Shown here: in pieces, positions 38,201 to 50,648 of the stretch
How positions within the stretch are numbered: the first letter of the stretch is position 1
How the letters are laid out: each line of letters starts with the position of its first letter
Position numbers and translations under genes: made by a program
NCBI GenBank assembly: GCA_965112735.1
Contig: OZ218956.1
Span: 1-64,000, forward strand
DNA length: 64,000 bases
Reading direction: 5' to 3'
Origin: Phaeosaccion multiseriatum
Lineage: Eukaryota > Protista > Ochrophyta, other classes
Notes under the pieces: model-generated
What the model was told of the DNA's origin: nothing
Databases searched by the model: none
Seen by the model: only the letters and a program-made list of their open reading frames with translations

Positions 38201-41052
38201 GCGTCGTAGAGCACACAAGAGGAGCCCTCGCGCCGCAGAACAGCGGCCATGCGCCTGGGAGGGAAGAGGGAGGGAGGGAGGGAAGGAGGGAAGGAGGAAG
38301 GAGGGAGGAAGGGAGGGCGGTGCGTGACTTATGGCGTGAGAACAAAGTACTGCAGAGAGCTCCTCCCAGACAGCCGCCCCGCACTGCCAACCCCCCTCCG
38401 TCCACTGCCATCTCCCACCTGTTGAGGAGATAGTCCAGCGCCTTGGGCACCCCGGGGAAGATGCCCCACGCCGGGGACGGCTTGAGATCCACCTCCCCCT
38501 CGCAGCACAGCAGAGGCCGCACCAGCGGGACGGGCTGACGCACAGCCAGCGCCCTACCCAGTGTACGGACAGCCGGCTCCACGCACTGCGGACAGAACCA
38601 ATCGCCTCTTGGCAGGGAGTCGAGGGGCGGCTCTCCGCAGGTCAGGTGCCAGAGTCCGTCGCAGCCGTCGCACAGCACGGTGTGTCCGCTGCCCGTGGCT
38701 CCTCCGCAGCCGCAGCAAGGCCGCTCCTCCAGGAATACGTCTTTGATGCAGGGCATGAGCGCCACGGGGCCGCCCCCCGCCACTGCTGCTGTGCCCTCCT
38801 GCCCCCCGCCCTTCTCTTCTCGCTCTTGGTGCTGCTGCTGCTGCTGCTGTAGCGCGAGGAGCGGCGCCATGAGCCACTGCCGCACCAACCGCTCGAATAC
38901 CTTGCTCAGCCTCTGCGCCCCTGCGAAGGCGGCTGTGCCCTCGTGGTTGTAGCAGAAGCAGTTCTCCCACATGCGCCGCACGTCCAGGCAGAACGCCTCC
39001 ACCACTCGCTGAGGCTGAGGCTCTTGAGGCTGCTTCGGCAAGTCACCCAGTGGCCCACTCGTCCCTCCTCCTCCTCCTCCTCCGTAGTGCCCCGCCAGCA
39101 GCCTCTCTGCCACTCCGCAGATGCTGAGGGGTTCTCTAATGGTCTCTTTGTAGTCGGGCACGTCCCAAGGATCCACCTCCTCCACGAACACGTGGCTGGA
39201 GGGGTGGCGCCACACCTCCCGCAGCACCGCCGCACAGCGCCGCGCAAACGTCAGATCATCCCATTCGCAGCCGCCGCTGCCGTTGCCGGGGGTCTCCCCC
39301 TCGCCATTGGCACCCCCCCCGCTGCCACTGCCGCTGCTGTTGGGCAGTTCACCGGTGCGGACGAAGTGGTCGAGGTGGCGCCTCACGCGAACTCTGCGCT
39401 CCTCATCCTCTTCGTCCTCCTCCTCCTCCTCGCTCTCTTCCTCCTCGCTCTCGTTCTCATGCCCCTCGGGCCGCGCCTGGAGCGGCAGAATGGGATTCAC
39501 GAGTGCGTCGCCCCCCAGCGCCGCAGAAGGAGCGCCAGCAGCAGCAGAAGCAGTTGGTGATTCAGCAGCACCTTCCGAGGGAGGCTCGGGGGTCTGGCTG
39601 CTGCTGCCACCTTGCGAAGGAGGCTCCGTCTTGGGCTCCGTCTTGGGCGCTACAGTCACAGCGGTCTCCTTCTCTCTCCCGCCTTGACCGGCCCCGGTCT
39701 CCCCTGTCTGTGGCTTGACCTCCTCCATCTCCATCGCGTCCTCTACGGTAGACTTGGCGGTAGTAGTGGTAGCAGCGGTGGCGGCGTCCCCAAGGGGGTG
39801 CGGCTCATCGGTATCCATCTCTGAGGGCTGAGGTGCCGGGGAAGTAGACACGCCGCCCGCCAGTGGCTCGGTCTTGACCGCTGCTCCCTCTCCACCCTTC
39901 CCACCCTCTTGACTGGCCTGCAGCCCCAGCCCCTCCGCCTCATTCGGCGGCCCGTCCGAGCCTATATCCATGTCCGTCGTGTGGCCGTTCACTGCGGCAC
40001 CCGACGTATCCCCAGAGCCTCCCCCGCTCCCCGCCGCGCTGCTGATGCCGGCTGTCGTGTCTGTCGCTGCTCCTTCCTCAACAAGGAGCGCCCCTCCCCC
40101 GCCCTCCTCGCCTCCCTCCATGTCGCTCCTGCTGCGCTTGGTGCTGCTGCTGGTGCCTTGTTGCCCCTGATGATGCTGCCGCTGCTTATTCCTGAGCTCC
40201 ACCCTCTGGCGAAGCAAGAAGGTCATCTCCCTGTCGGACTTCCAGTCCCTGTCCGGGCCCTTGAGGATGCCCTTGACTTGGGCGTCCCCCATGCCCAAGT
40301 GCTCCTTGCACAGCTTCATGACCAAGCACTGCCTGGCCAGCTCGGGCCAGGTGAGCTGATTCACCGCCAGGCCGCACTCCACCGGCACGTCTATACCCTT
40401 CCTCTCCTTGTCGGCCCCTATGGCGTCGAAGGGGCTGCCAAGGTGTGAGTGCAGCTCCGGCAGTAGCTGCCGCACCACCGCCACGCACACCCCATCCAGC
40501 AGGGCCTGCGCCTCTTTGTGTGCGGACTCTGCCGCTTCTTTCGCTGCCTCCTTCGCTCTGTCCACCTCCACAAACTCAAAATCGGCCTCGCCTTCGCCTT
40601 CCTCTTCATCGTCTTCGCCCTTGGCCTCATTACCCTCCTTCTCCTCCTTTCCCTCCCCCGCCGCGGCGGCGACGACGGTACCGTTCTCTCTCGACCCCTC
40701 CTGCCCGTCCTGCCCGTTGTCCGTCTCCTTGTTCGGCTCAGAGAGCAGCAAGGGGGCGCTCTCACCGCTGCCTTCTTGACCTTCTTGAGCCCCCCCTCCG
40801 TCTTCACCCTCGGCGGCGGGGCACATGGTGACGATGGCGTCCTGAAGCTGCCGCAGAGAAGGCGTCATGCGCAGGCCCAGCGGCCGAGAGAAGGTGCGTA
40901 GGAACATCCACAGCTCAATCACGTGATCTGTGCGTACCCCTGGAAGGTATATAGGAACGGGCCCAGTGGATGTGTCCTCCTCCGCCTTCTCCCCCTCTTG
41001 GGGTTGCCCAGCCCCGCCCTCACTCCCCTCGTCCTGCTGATGTACCACCAAC

Positions 41053-41084
<32 letters not shown>

Positions 41085-43949
41085 CGCAGTCGAGCTGCCC
41101 GGTGCTTCCCCTGCTGCTATTGAAGGGGTGGGCTCTGGTCTGGGGTCGTCCCTCCAGCCCTCCAGCAGCTCGTCCTCCACCGCCGGCCCCTCTCCCTCCT
41201 CACTGTCGCCCTTCTCCTCCGCGTCGAATAGCGCCAGCACGGTCGCGCGAGCTTCCTTCCTGCGAAGCTTGAGCTGTGCCTCCACCTCTTTGCGCACCTT
41301 GGGCAGCGGCACAAGCGCGGGCGGCCCGCTGCCTCCCTTGCCTCCTTTTGCCGCCCCTTTCCCCCCCTTTCCCCCTTTTCCTAACCCCGCCCCGCCGGCG
41401 GCCTTCTTGCTCGCCGCCTGCGCCGCTCTGCGCTCTTTGGCACGTTGCGCGGCCTTGAGCGCTTTGGCTTCCTTTGCCTCCGCCTCCCTCTCCTCCTTCT
41501 CGTCCTTCTTCTTCCTTGCCTGCTCCTCCTTCTGCTGCCGCGACTCCTCCTGCTGCTTATCCTCCCTCCTCTCCTGCTGACGCTCCTTAATCCACTCCCT
41601 GTCCTCCTTGGACGTGTTGGCCTTCCACTGCTCCTCGAGGCGAGTAAAGAGGTCGGCGCTCGTAACGCTCAGCGGTAGGCCCTTGTCCTGCTCGCCCTTG
41701 CTGCGCTTGAGTTGCTCCTCGTAGAAGGCCGGCTTGACCCCCTTGTGCTGCGTGGTGAAGGTGTATGCCTCGCACTGCAGCGCCCCGTCGAGCCCCTCCA
41801 CGAGGTACTGGGCTGAGAAGTTGAAGAAGCTCGGCCCGCCCAGCACGGCTTCCTTCTCCCTGCCGCTGCCCGCCAGGCCCAGCTTTTCGTTCAGGGCTCT
41901 CCACGCGTCCTTCTCGCGCCTCTCCTGCACGTAGCCCTCCCCGTAGTCGATGCGGAACAGCGGCCCCTCCTCCCCCCCGTCCAGAATGGTGCACGTCAGC
42001 CGCACGGGTTTGCCCCACTTGCCGCTGAGGAGGCTCATGGCGGCTTTGAGGCAGCAATACCCCACGGGCCACAGCTTTTTGGAGCTGTGATAACTGGGGC
42101 GCCCCTTCTGAAGCTTCCCCAGGGCCTTGAGCAGCATGTCATCGAAGGCCACAGGCTGCGAGGGGCCCGCACCATCGGCGAAGGCTGCGGCGTAGCGAGA
42201 TAGGGCTCCGGCAGCGGCTGACGGGAGGGGAAGAGGGGGAGCACAATAGAGTAGTGCACACGAGGAGGGCGTGAGGGACACTCGAGTCGCAACATGGTGG
42301 AGGCATATCGGCCGGGTACGTTGCTCAGAGGGCGCCTTCCCAAGTACTCACTCAAGAAAGACAAAGCAAGGGGCGGCCCACACACCGGACCCACACAACT
42401 CCGCTTAAGCCTTGGACAGAGGCACACACAATCCTAAAAAAAAAAAAAAAAAAAAAAAAAAAGCCTCGGCGGCCGAGTGTGGTACACAGGGCCTCTCGGC
42501 TCCTCAGCAGCGCGAGACAGCGCCACTGCAGGAGGCCAGGCTGGAGGCGCAATGCAGCCAACAAGAGCAGCCAACAAGGGGCCCTTGGTCAGGGGGGGGG
42601 GGCTCCTACTGCTCCTCATGCCGCGAGGGCGCAACGTGGCAAAGAGGCTGCCCCCCGCACACAGGGAAAGAACGCATCGCGCGGCCCGCGGCCATACACA
42701 CACACACACACACACTCATACACACTTCTCACATTTGTGCGCGGCCTTTCTGCTGACCCCCGCGGCGCCGTCGTCATTGAGCCCTTCCTCCCCGCCCTTG
42801 CCCTCTTGCTGCTGCTGCAGGTACTTCCTCACGTCCGCCTTCTTGGTGAAGACGTTTCCCTTTCCATCCATGTACTTGCAGCTGAAGAACTCCTGCCCCT
42901 GCAGCTCCACCTGAGGGGGTAGTGGGGTGGATGGAGTGGTACAGCGATACAGGGAGGCACACCAGTCAGAGGGGATGATGGGCCTAGCGGCAAGGGGCGA
43001 GCGTGCGTGTAGGAGCGCGGGGAGCAACGAAAGGCCGCGCGATCCGCAACGCAGCACAAAGACGGCAAGGCTGGTCCGCTGAGCAGCCTCTCCCTCTCCC
43101 TACACCTGCGAGCTCCCCCTCCCGCGCCTCACTCACCTCAATATTCCAGCCCTTGACCAGGCTCTTGGAGAGCCCCTTCTTGACGAGGTACTGCTTCAGC
43201 ACCACCATGGCGTTCTTGCGCTCCTCCTCCATGTCCACCTCCTCCTCCTCCTCCTCGCCGCCCTCGCCAACCCCTCGACCCCCCCTTCCCTTCCTAGCGG
43301 CACCAGGGTCGGAGTCGCCGTGCTTGCCGCCCCCGCCCCCACGGTCGCCTTCTCTCCTCCTCTCGCCCCCAGCGTGACCTGTCTTTTGTCCGCCGTTCGC
43401 TGAGGCCCGCTTCGAAGGTGTGGAGGAGTCATCCCGTCTCCTCTCCATCCCCTTGCCGCTGTCGCTCCTCTGGGACTTGTCCCAGCTGTCCTTGCCCTGC
43501 CCCCCCCGCCCCCGTTCCCTACTCCACTCCCTCTCTTTACTCCGGCCCGTCTCCCCCTTTCTCCCACCTCCTTCGTTGTCATAGTCTCTATCTCTCTCTC
43601 TTCTGCCCCGGCTTACGGACCTGTCCTTATCCCATCCGTGGCGATCTCTGCTCTTCCTGTGGCGGGAGGAGGACCGGTCTCTGTCTCTGTCCCTGCCATG
43701 CCCCCCACCCCTCGCCCTCGAGATACTTCTGCTCCTGCTCCTGCTCCTACTCCTGCTCCTACTCCTGCTGTAGCTCCTACTGCTCCTCCTCCTCTCCCTG
43801 CTGTCATGATGTCTGCTGCTGCTTTCCGGCTTGTGTCGTCGCTCCCTCCCCCCATCTTCTCGGTGGTGCTCTCTGTGGCGGCCGTCTCGATGATTCTCCC
43901 AATCTCCGTTCTCCCTCCGCCTGCCGCTGCTGAAATCACGGTCGCCCAT
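31171..43949 (-). CDS. Giant (~3,300 aa) BAZ/MBD9-like chromatin reader: RS/RD-rich N-terminus, MBD-like, FYR, DDT, bromo, PHD, WHIM1, PHD, CXXC, WHIM2/3, RanBP2-type zinc finger, bromo, PHD
   Basis: About 11 exons join in frame. Motifs: [26 protein letters not shown] (MBD-like), [22 protein letters not shown] (FYR), [17 protein letters not shown] (DDT), [13 protein letters not shown] and [13 protein letters not shown] (bromo), [13 protein letters not shown] (PHD), [19 protein letters not shown] (CXXC), [13 protein letters not shown] and [15 protein letters not shown] (WHIM), [14 protein letters not shown] (RanBP2). Confidence 0.85.
34227..34535. repeat. 10-bp minisatellite (CATGT[CA]CTTG), ~31 copies, intronic
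   Basis: Directly visible; abuts the minus-strand donor GTAAGC at 34536-34541. Confidence 0.95.
35096..35299. repeat. Compound (CA)n microsatellite, intronic
   Basis: Long cacaca runs that begin at the minus-strand donor GTGTGT. Confidence 0.9.
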
Positions 43950-44823
43950 TGGCCTGACCCCGTCACATCTAGTACCCGCACAGGTACGTCACGAGTCAGC
44001 TCCAGAGCATGCAGCCATCCTGAAGGAAGTGTCGTCCTTGCCAAAAAAAAAAAAGAGGGCAGAAGGAGAGAGAGAGAATCCTGCCGTTCCCTCCCCTTCC
44101 GGCTACAATGAGCACCGCCAAGCAAGGCGAGATCGCGCTCGCCGTCTTCCTCCTCCCCGCGCCCTCCTTTCCTCCTTCACCGCGTCCTCCCTGCTTTCCC
44201 TCAGAGTGAAGAGGGGGGGGTGACCCAACCAAACATTACGTGCACGTTACGTAAGGATTGTGTGTGGTGGGCGCGTGCGTGTCTATTGTAGATTCTGTAG
44301 GCTTTCTGTTCCCCCTGAGGGCTGGAGGTTGCTGAAGGTAGAATGAGAGAATGAGGGTGATGTAGCATATGGTCAAATGGCCGCTGGTCGACCACTGGCG
44401 TGCTATCTGCTACGGGCTGTTCACCACCGCCCCCCTGGTCTCCTCCCTACTACGTACTCAAAGGCCAATCCTTTGTCCCTCGTCTCGTGAGCGGATCATA
44501 CGGGGCCTTTCCGCGCCTGCGAGTGACAGGGTAACAGGCTGGAGCAGGCCTTTGTTGTGTTCGGTCGTCGCCGTCAGAGTGCGAGAACCGGCGGTAGCGA
44601 CAAAGGCTCCGACGTGTAGAGCTTTGTCGGGAGTCCTTCCCACGAGGAGGATAGTGACGCCGCAAGGGTCCAAGGGGCGCCCATTCCATGAATCGCCGCG
44701 CCACCTCACCCTTCAACAGGGCAACAGGGCGCAGGCGCGCTGGGTCCCGCCGAGTGAGCCCCCCTCCGTAGAGCGGATAAGTGGCGTACAGAGGCTGGTC
44801 TGGTCCTGACTTGTCTTCTCTCC

Positions 44824-46144
44824 TCATCCATTGCTTCGCTTGTCCAGGGCAAGCTCTTGCGGCCACCACTCCTCGGTGTAGGCCTCGCCCACAGACACGC
44901 CCTTGCCAAAGAGCAGTGAGGCATCCATCAGCGTCGCCAACTGCAGCTCTCCCACGACTGACAGAAACACGCGCTCCAGCAGCCCGCCGCTCCCGGAAGG
45001 GCTCTGAGCCTGGAGAAGGTCACAAACGGTGGAGGCAGTATCGGTTTTCGCGTGGGTGCGTGCGTCCCAGGTGCTCATCGTGATGGGCCATGGCTGCCTT
45101 TCCGCCAGGCAAGCACAAGATGGGGGGCAGTAAGCCTCCCTCCTTCCCGTTGTACTCAATCTCCCTCCCTCCCCTCCCTCCTCTGCTCACCTGTTGGTCC
45201 TTGTCCTCCGCGAGCGTCAAGACGCCAAAGTGCACCCGCCTGGCCCATGCGTGCACCTCTCGCCTCAGCTGCGGCGACAAGGGCGACTGCCTGGCCTCGG
45301 CCTCCCCCCCGTCCGCCGGGAGGACCACCAGCTTGCATCCCGTGTGGCTGCTGTGGCTTGAGTGCAGCACGTGCTCCCATTCCATGAGCGGAGCCAGCAG
45401 CATATCGTCCTTGCTGGTGCTCAGCGCCTTGCTTGTGGTACGGGCGGCCCCGGGAGTGGGGCAGCGCGCTTGCGTCTCGAGGGGGAGGGCGAGCACCACG
45501 GCAGAGGCTCCGGCGCAGATATTGGGGAGAAGGCTCGTGTAGAGAAGCTGTGGGGTAAGGCGGAGATGCTGGAGTTAGTGAGCCCTTACAATAAAAAAAT
45601 AAATTGCAAAAGACCCCCTTCGCCTTCGGCTCTCGGCCCCTTGCTCTTCTTGCTCTGCACGCACCTCTCCTGCCGACACGAGCACGAAGTGCACCCTGTA
45701 TACGAGCCCGTTCTCCAGAGTGTATTCGCGGACCTGGTCAGAGGGGGACACCGGGGGCGTGAGGCAGGAAAAAGAGGCTAGGCAGCGCAGCAGCTGGAAC
45801 ACCCCTGTGCTGGGGTGGTGTGGCGCGCTAACCTGAGTCATGTCGAGACAGCTCCCCTCCTGCATTCCATTCTTCCCTCCCGCCCCCCTTTGAGGCCCGC
45901 TGCGGGGGCCATTGCCGCTGAGCTCCTGCAGCTTCTGCGTCCCGCAGAGCAGCACAATCTTCAGGCCGTAGTGGAAGTAGTTGTTGGTGTTGGCGCCATT
46001 GCTGCTGCCGCCGCCCCCGTCACCAAGACTATGGTCTACTGGTCGTCGGTGGACCACAGTGGAGGAGGAGCTGGCCGAGCCTGGTGGCTGCTTCTGAGCT
46101 GCAGCTGTTACGGCCCCCAACCCCCCCGCTCTTGCCGGAGGCAT
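44824..46144 (-). CDS. Degenerate Rab-like small-GTPase-fold protein (probable pseudo-GTPase)
   Basis: Exons 46144-45833, 45733-45665, 45547-45191 and 45093-44824. The spliced product has YFHYGLKIVLLCG .. VHFVLVSAGELLYTSLLPNICAGASAVVLAL .. LMEW .. CKLVVL .. REVHAWAR .. GLLERVFLSVV, in the order of Rab secondary-structure elements but without intact G1/G3/G4 motifs. Start codon and last acceptor are uncertain. Confidence 0.55.
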
Positions 46145-46612
46145 TTCAACGCGCCGCGCCGGATGCTGCCGCTGCCGCTGCTGCTGTTGATGCTGTTGCT
46201 GCTGTAGGCTCAGGAAGCAAGTGGTCCATTTAATAAGGGGTGGACGGATGGAGAGAACGGAGAGAATATATTATACTTATTATACCGCCAAAGGGAGGAG
46301 AAGAAGCAGCGACGTGAAACGATATGAGCTGGTTGGAATCCTCCACGGGCGTCGCCAGTTGGGACTCTCCTTTTTTCTTTTTTTTCCCGACCCCAGCCCC
46401 CCAATTCATTTCCTTCGCTGAGAGACGGGGGTGGAGAGAGAGGGCGAGCGAGAGAGAGAGAGGAGGGAGGGGAGAGGGGGGGGGGGGAGGAGGGCTGAAA
46501 GAGAGGAGCAGCCGCATCATCCGCTGAGAGACGGGGGGTTAGAGAGGGAGAGGGAGGAGAACGCACGCCAGGTACGCAAAGAGAGGATCAGGATCAGCCG
46601 CCGCATCATAGA

Positions 46613-48445
46613 ATGAGTCGGCTGACGTTTTCGGAGGAGACGGACGGCATGGGCGGCGAGTTTGGGGATGGAGAGGTCGAGGACTCGATTGTGGACAAGG
46701 GCCGGCCACGCAGCACAGAGACTGCAAAGGGAAGAGAAGCTGAGCCAGAACCATCACCGGGGGAGCAGACGAAGCGGTCGAAGAACAAGAGGAAGGTCAA
46801 GCTAAATCCAAGCCGCAGACTTAGTGCGAAAAGAAAGAGAGAAGCTGGGGGCGTTTATGATGCGGTCGACGTCCCCGAAAGTGAGCGCAGCGAGTCGCTT
46901 AGTGCTTCGGCTTCATCTTCGGAGGCAGCGACAGGCCGGGGGGGACGCAAGCAGCCGCAGGCCCAGGCCAGCGAAAAGCAGCAGCAGGAGGGCGGGGGGG
47001 GGGAGGAGATGAGCACGGCGCGGCGAAAGAGGAAGAGAATCACATCCACCAGCTTGGCTCGAGCGCCCAACGGAGAGCCCCAGGCGGTATTCGACGACAA
47101 GGTGGCGTCAGGCGCGTATTACATGGCAGGCGTGCATTGTCGCGTGCTGGGGGGCAAGCTCGACAAGCAGGACAATAAGGCGTACAAACAATTCCTCAGA
47201 GGTGGGTGGGGGCCGGGCAACAAGTGGCAACGCGCAACATCTCCGGCAATACATTGTACAAGCCGCGGGTGTTTGTTGGCAGAATATTTACGCCCTCTCC
47301 CTCCCTCTGTGCTGCGTTGCAGAGACTGGCGGTGTGTGGAAGGGCAAGGTGACGGTGCCTGTCACGCACTTGCTCAGCCCGTCTGCGGACAAGAACGAGG
47401 TGGGTCACGCAATGGGGGGTTGGAAGCTTAAGTCGGTGCACACGTCAGTGCACCCGTCCTCGCTCCTCTCTCCTGACATCCCACCCCACCACCCCCTCCG
47501 GATAGACGACCAAGTTCATAGAGCTTGCTGCCCGCTCGGCAGGCTGGTGGACATCCCGCACCGAGGGGGAGGTGGCGGTGATTCAGTTCAGTTGGCTCAC
47601 AGAGTGCAAGAAGCGGCGCCAGAGGCAAGGCGAAGACGCTTATATTGTGTTCCGACACGACTTTGGCTCGTGGACTAGGCCTAGGGCAGACTTGCTTCCC
47701 AGAGGGGCACAGACTGCAGCACCCCCGGAGGGGGCAAATGGCAGTGGGAGCGAGCAGAGCGAGGGGGCTAGCGGTGGCGAAGAAGGAGAGGGGGGAGACT
47801 GCAGCTCTGTGGAGGAGCCCGTCACCAGAGAGGAGGGGGCTCACTCACCAGCAGCCAAAAAGAGAAGGCTAGATGGGGAGGACGATCAGGGCCGAGAGGA
47901 GAAGGCCAAGATGCCTGTGGCCCCCTTTCCTGCTCCTGCCGCCGCCGCCGCTCCTACTGCTGGACAAAAGGGCACGGGGCCGGCGGAGTTCATTGGGCAG
48001 GAGTCGACCCAACTTGTCAAAGACGTGGCCAAGGAGAGGCAGCTCTCCTCCTTCGCGCTCAGGTTTTTGAGCAAACGGTAAGCACAGGCATGACGCCGGC
48101 GCTGGTGCCTCCTCTTTGATTTGCGCCTGCCTGTCTCTGTTGTCAGTCTGCCTGTCTTGTCTGTCAAGTCTGCTCTCTCTTCATGTGCCGCGGTGAGCGC
48201 TAACGAACGTCTTGCTTGGACCCCTCCCCTCCCCTTCTCTTCCCTTCCCCAGGCCAAAACCGGTGGTACTTGTGCCCGAGATTGAGCAGAGCAGAGACGA
48301 TTTCCTGCTGGCCTTCGGACAGGACTTTGCGGACCGCAAGGAGGCCGACAAGGCAGGGCGGAGCGAGCGTAGGCGGAGCGAGAGGGGGGTGGAGGGAGGG
48401 GAGAGGAGTGAGAGTGGCTGGAGCAGCAGCAGCAGCGGTAGCGGT

Positions 48446-48478
<33 letters not shown>

Positions 48479-50527
48479 GACTCCGACGACGACGACGATG
48501 ATGATGATTGCGAAGACGATTCCGACATGTCGCTGGACGAGAGCGGCGACGACCTCGAGGGCCGAAGGAGGAAAGGCAAGAAGAAGGGGAAGGGCAAGAA
48601 GGGCAAGGAGGACGAGGCACTGTTCTTCGTACACAACTTGCCCTTCGACGTGTGCGGGGAAGAGCAGCTGCGGACGAAGTTCCGGTACCACGGAAAGGTG
48701 ACCAAGGTGCAGGTGGTGGCCCCCAAGGGCGGGAGGTAAGTGCGTGGCAAAGGACAGGGCAGTGGACAATGAGCAGAGTGGCGGCTGCGGTGGCGCGCGG
48801 GCCTTCGGCGGAGGGAAGGCTGCCCCGCACACCACGCCTCTCTCCCCTTCTGCCCCTTAGCCTCCCACCCTTTGCTTCCGCCCTCCTCCTCCTCAGACCG
48901 AGCGGCCAGGCGATCATCACCTTCGCCACGGCGGCGGACGGGGAGAGGGCGCGGGCCGCTCTGAACGAGACGGAGTGGAAGGGCCGAACCATCCGTATGG
49001 CGCCCAACTCCTCGAGGCGCTCAGCGGGCAGCTCCAGCAAGGACAACCGCTACTTCGTCGACCCGAACATGGACTTGGACGGGCCGGGCAGCAGGGGCGG
49101 CTCCTCCAAGCTGTGCCACAAGTGCCGCATGCCCGGGCATATGGCGGCGAACTGCCCCAGCGCGCACGAGGCCACTTGCTCGCTCTGCGCCAGGCGCGGA
49201 CACGTGGCGGACCGCTGCCCGTACCACCTGTGCTTCAACTGCTGGCAGCAGGGGCATGTGGCCTTCAAGTGCCCCAACAAGAGGATCCCCCAGCCGATGT
49301 TCTGCTACCAGTGCGGCAAGGCGGTGAGTGCGTGCGTCGCGTTTCTCCTTGTTAGATGGCACTTGATGGCAGCTACGCTCATCTCACTTCCGCCACCTCT
49401 TGCTCCCATTCCGCTGTGCTTGTGTTTTCTGTCGTCGTACACAGGGCCACGAGCCCCACACGGGGCGATGCAACATCACCAGCAGAAGCAGCAGCACAAG
49501 CAACTGCGTGAGCGTGACGAAGAGGCGCAGGGGAAGCAAGAAGGAGGCCAACAGCGAGCCCAAGAGCAACCCCCGCCTGCGCTGCCTGGCGTGCGGGGAG
49601 ATGGGCCACCTGTGCTGCGTCGAGACGGTAACGAGGGCCGAGGGGGACAAGGCGGGGGACGGCAGCGCGTACTGCTTCCACTGCGGGGGGAAGGGACACG
49701 ACGGGTACACGTGCCCGCAGATAAGGCGGAGATCAGGTCAGTGTCACACACCATGGAGCGAACCTCTAGGGGCCTCTAGCGTAACTAACACGCCTAACTG
49801 AAGCTCCCTTTGTTGTGCCCCCCTCCCCTCCGCCCTCCAAGGCGCTGGCTCAGGCTTGATGGGCAGGGAGAGCAGCGGCTTGTTCAGTATGGGTCTCACC
49901 CCACAGCCCCCCAGCAGCCACAGGCGCTATCTCGACAGCAGAGGCCGGGGCAGTAGCAGCAGTGCGGTTGGTGGAGGAGCGAACGGCGGCAGGCCCGCTC
50001 GAAGCGTGTCGGGGCCGTCAAGGGCAGACGGGCAACCCTCTCGCTGGCAACAGCAACAGCAACAGCAGCACCAGGCCGGCAACCGATTCGGCCAACCCCC
50101 GCCGCAGATTACATTCGCCAACGCACACTCTCCGTTCCAGCAACAGTTTGGAAGCAGCGTGTCTCCGCGAATCACAATCTCGAGAGACGCTTCTCGCGGG
50201 TACCATCGCACTATCGACTTGGGGGGCGGGGTGCCCAGCGGGGTGCCCAGGGGGGTGCCCAGCCGGTCTCAGTCGGCCGGCGCTCTTCCCGGCCTACCCA
50301 TGCAGCAGCAGCAGCAGCAGCAGCAGCAGTGGTTGGGCCAGCAGCAGCGGCAGCAACAGCAGCAGTACACACAGCAGCAGTACAGAGCCGAGCAGCCGCA
50401 GCAGCAGCAGAGGCAGGCTGTACAGCAGTACGTGTCCTATCAGCAGCACAGTCAGCAGGGTCAGCAGCCCCGCCGCGGGTCCTCTTATCACCACTCCCGA
50501 GGGGACAGGGACAAGTGGGGAATTTGA
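46613..50527 (+). CDS. BRCT + RRM + six CCHC-type zinc-knuckle protein (Air1/2-ZCCHC7-like knuckle array) with Q/G/S-rich tail
   Basis: Spliced BRCT (FLRETGGVW..VTHLL..VAVIQFSWLTECKKR..EDAY), RRM (LFFVHNLPFD..SGQAIITF..ALNETEWKGRTIRM) and knuckles CHKCRMPGHMAANC, CSLCARRGHVADRC, CFNCWQQGHVAFKC, CYQCGKAGH..C, CLACGEMGHLCC and CFHCGGKGHDGYTC. All introns are GT-AG and in frame. Confidence 0.8.
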
Positions 50528-50648
50528 TGAAAAAAAGTACGAGACGAAAAGTAATACAATTGAAATTTCGGGGTCAAAGCAACGTTTCATTTTTCTTGAT
50601 TTTTGATTTCATTTCCCCCCGCTGCATCACCAGCCGCAGTACGCGACC

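Noticed and set aside
42435-42462. Poly(A) tract of ~28 nt as a retroposon tail
   Set aside because: No target-site duplication or recognisable SINE/LINE body; it lies in an intron and may be a simple homopolymer.
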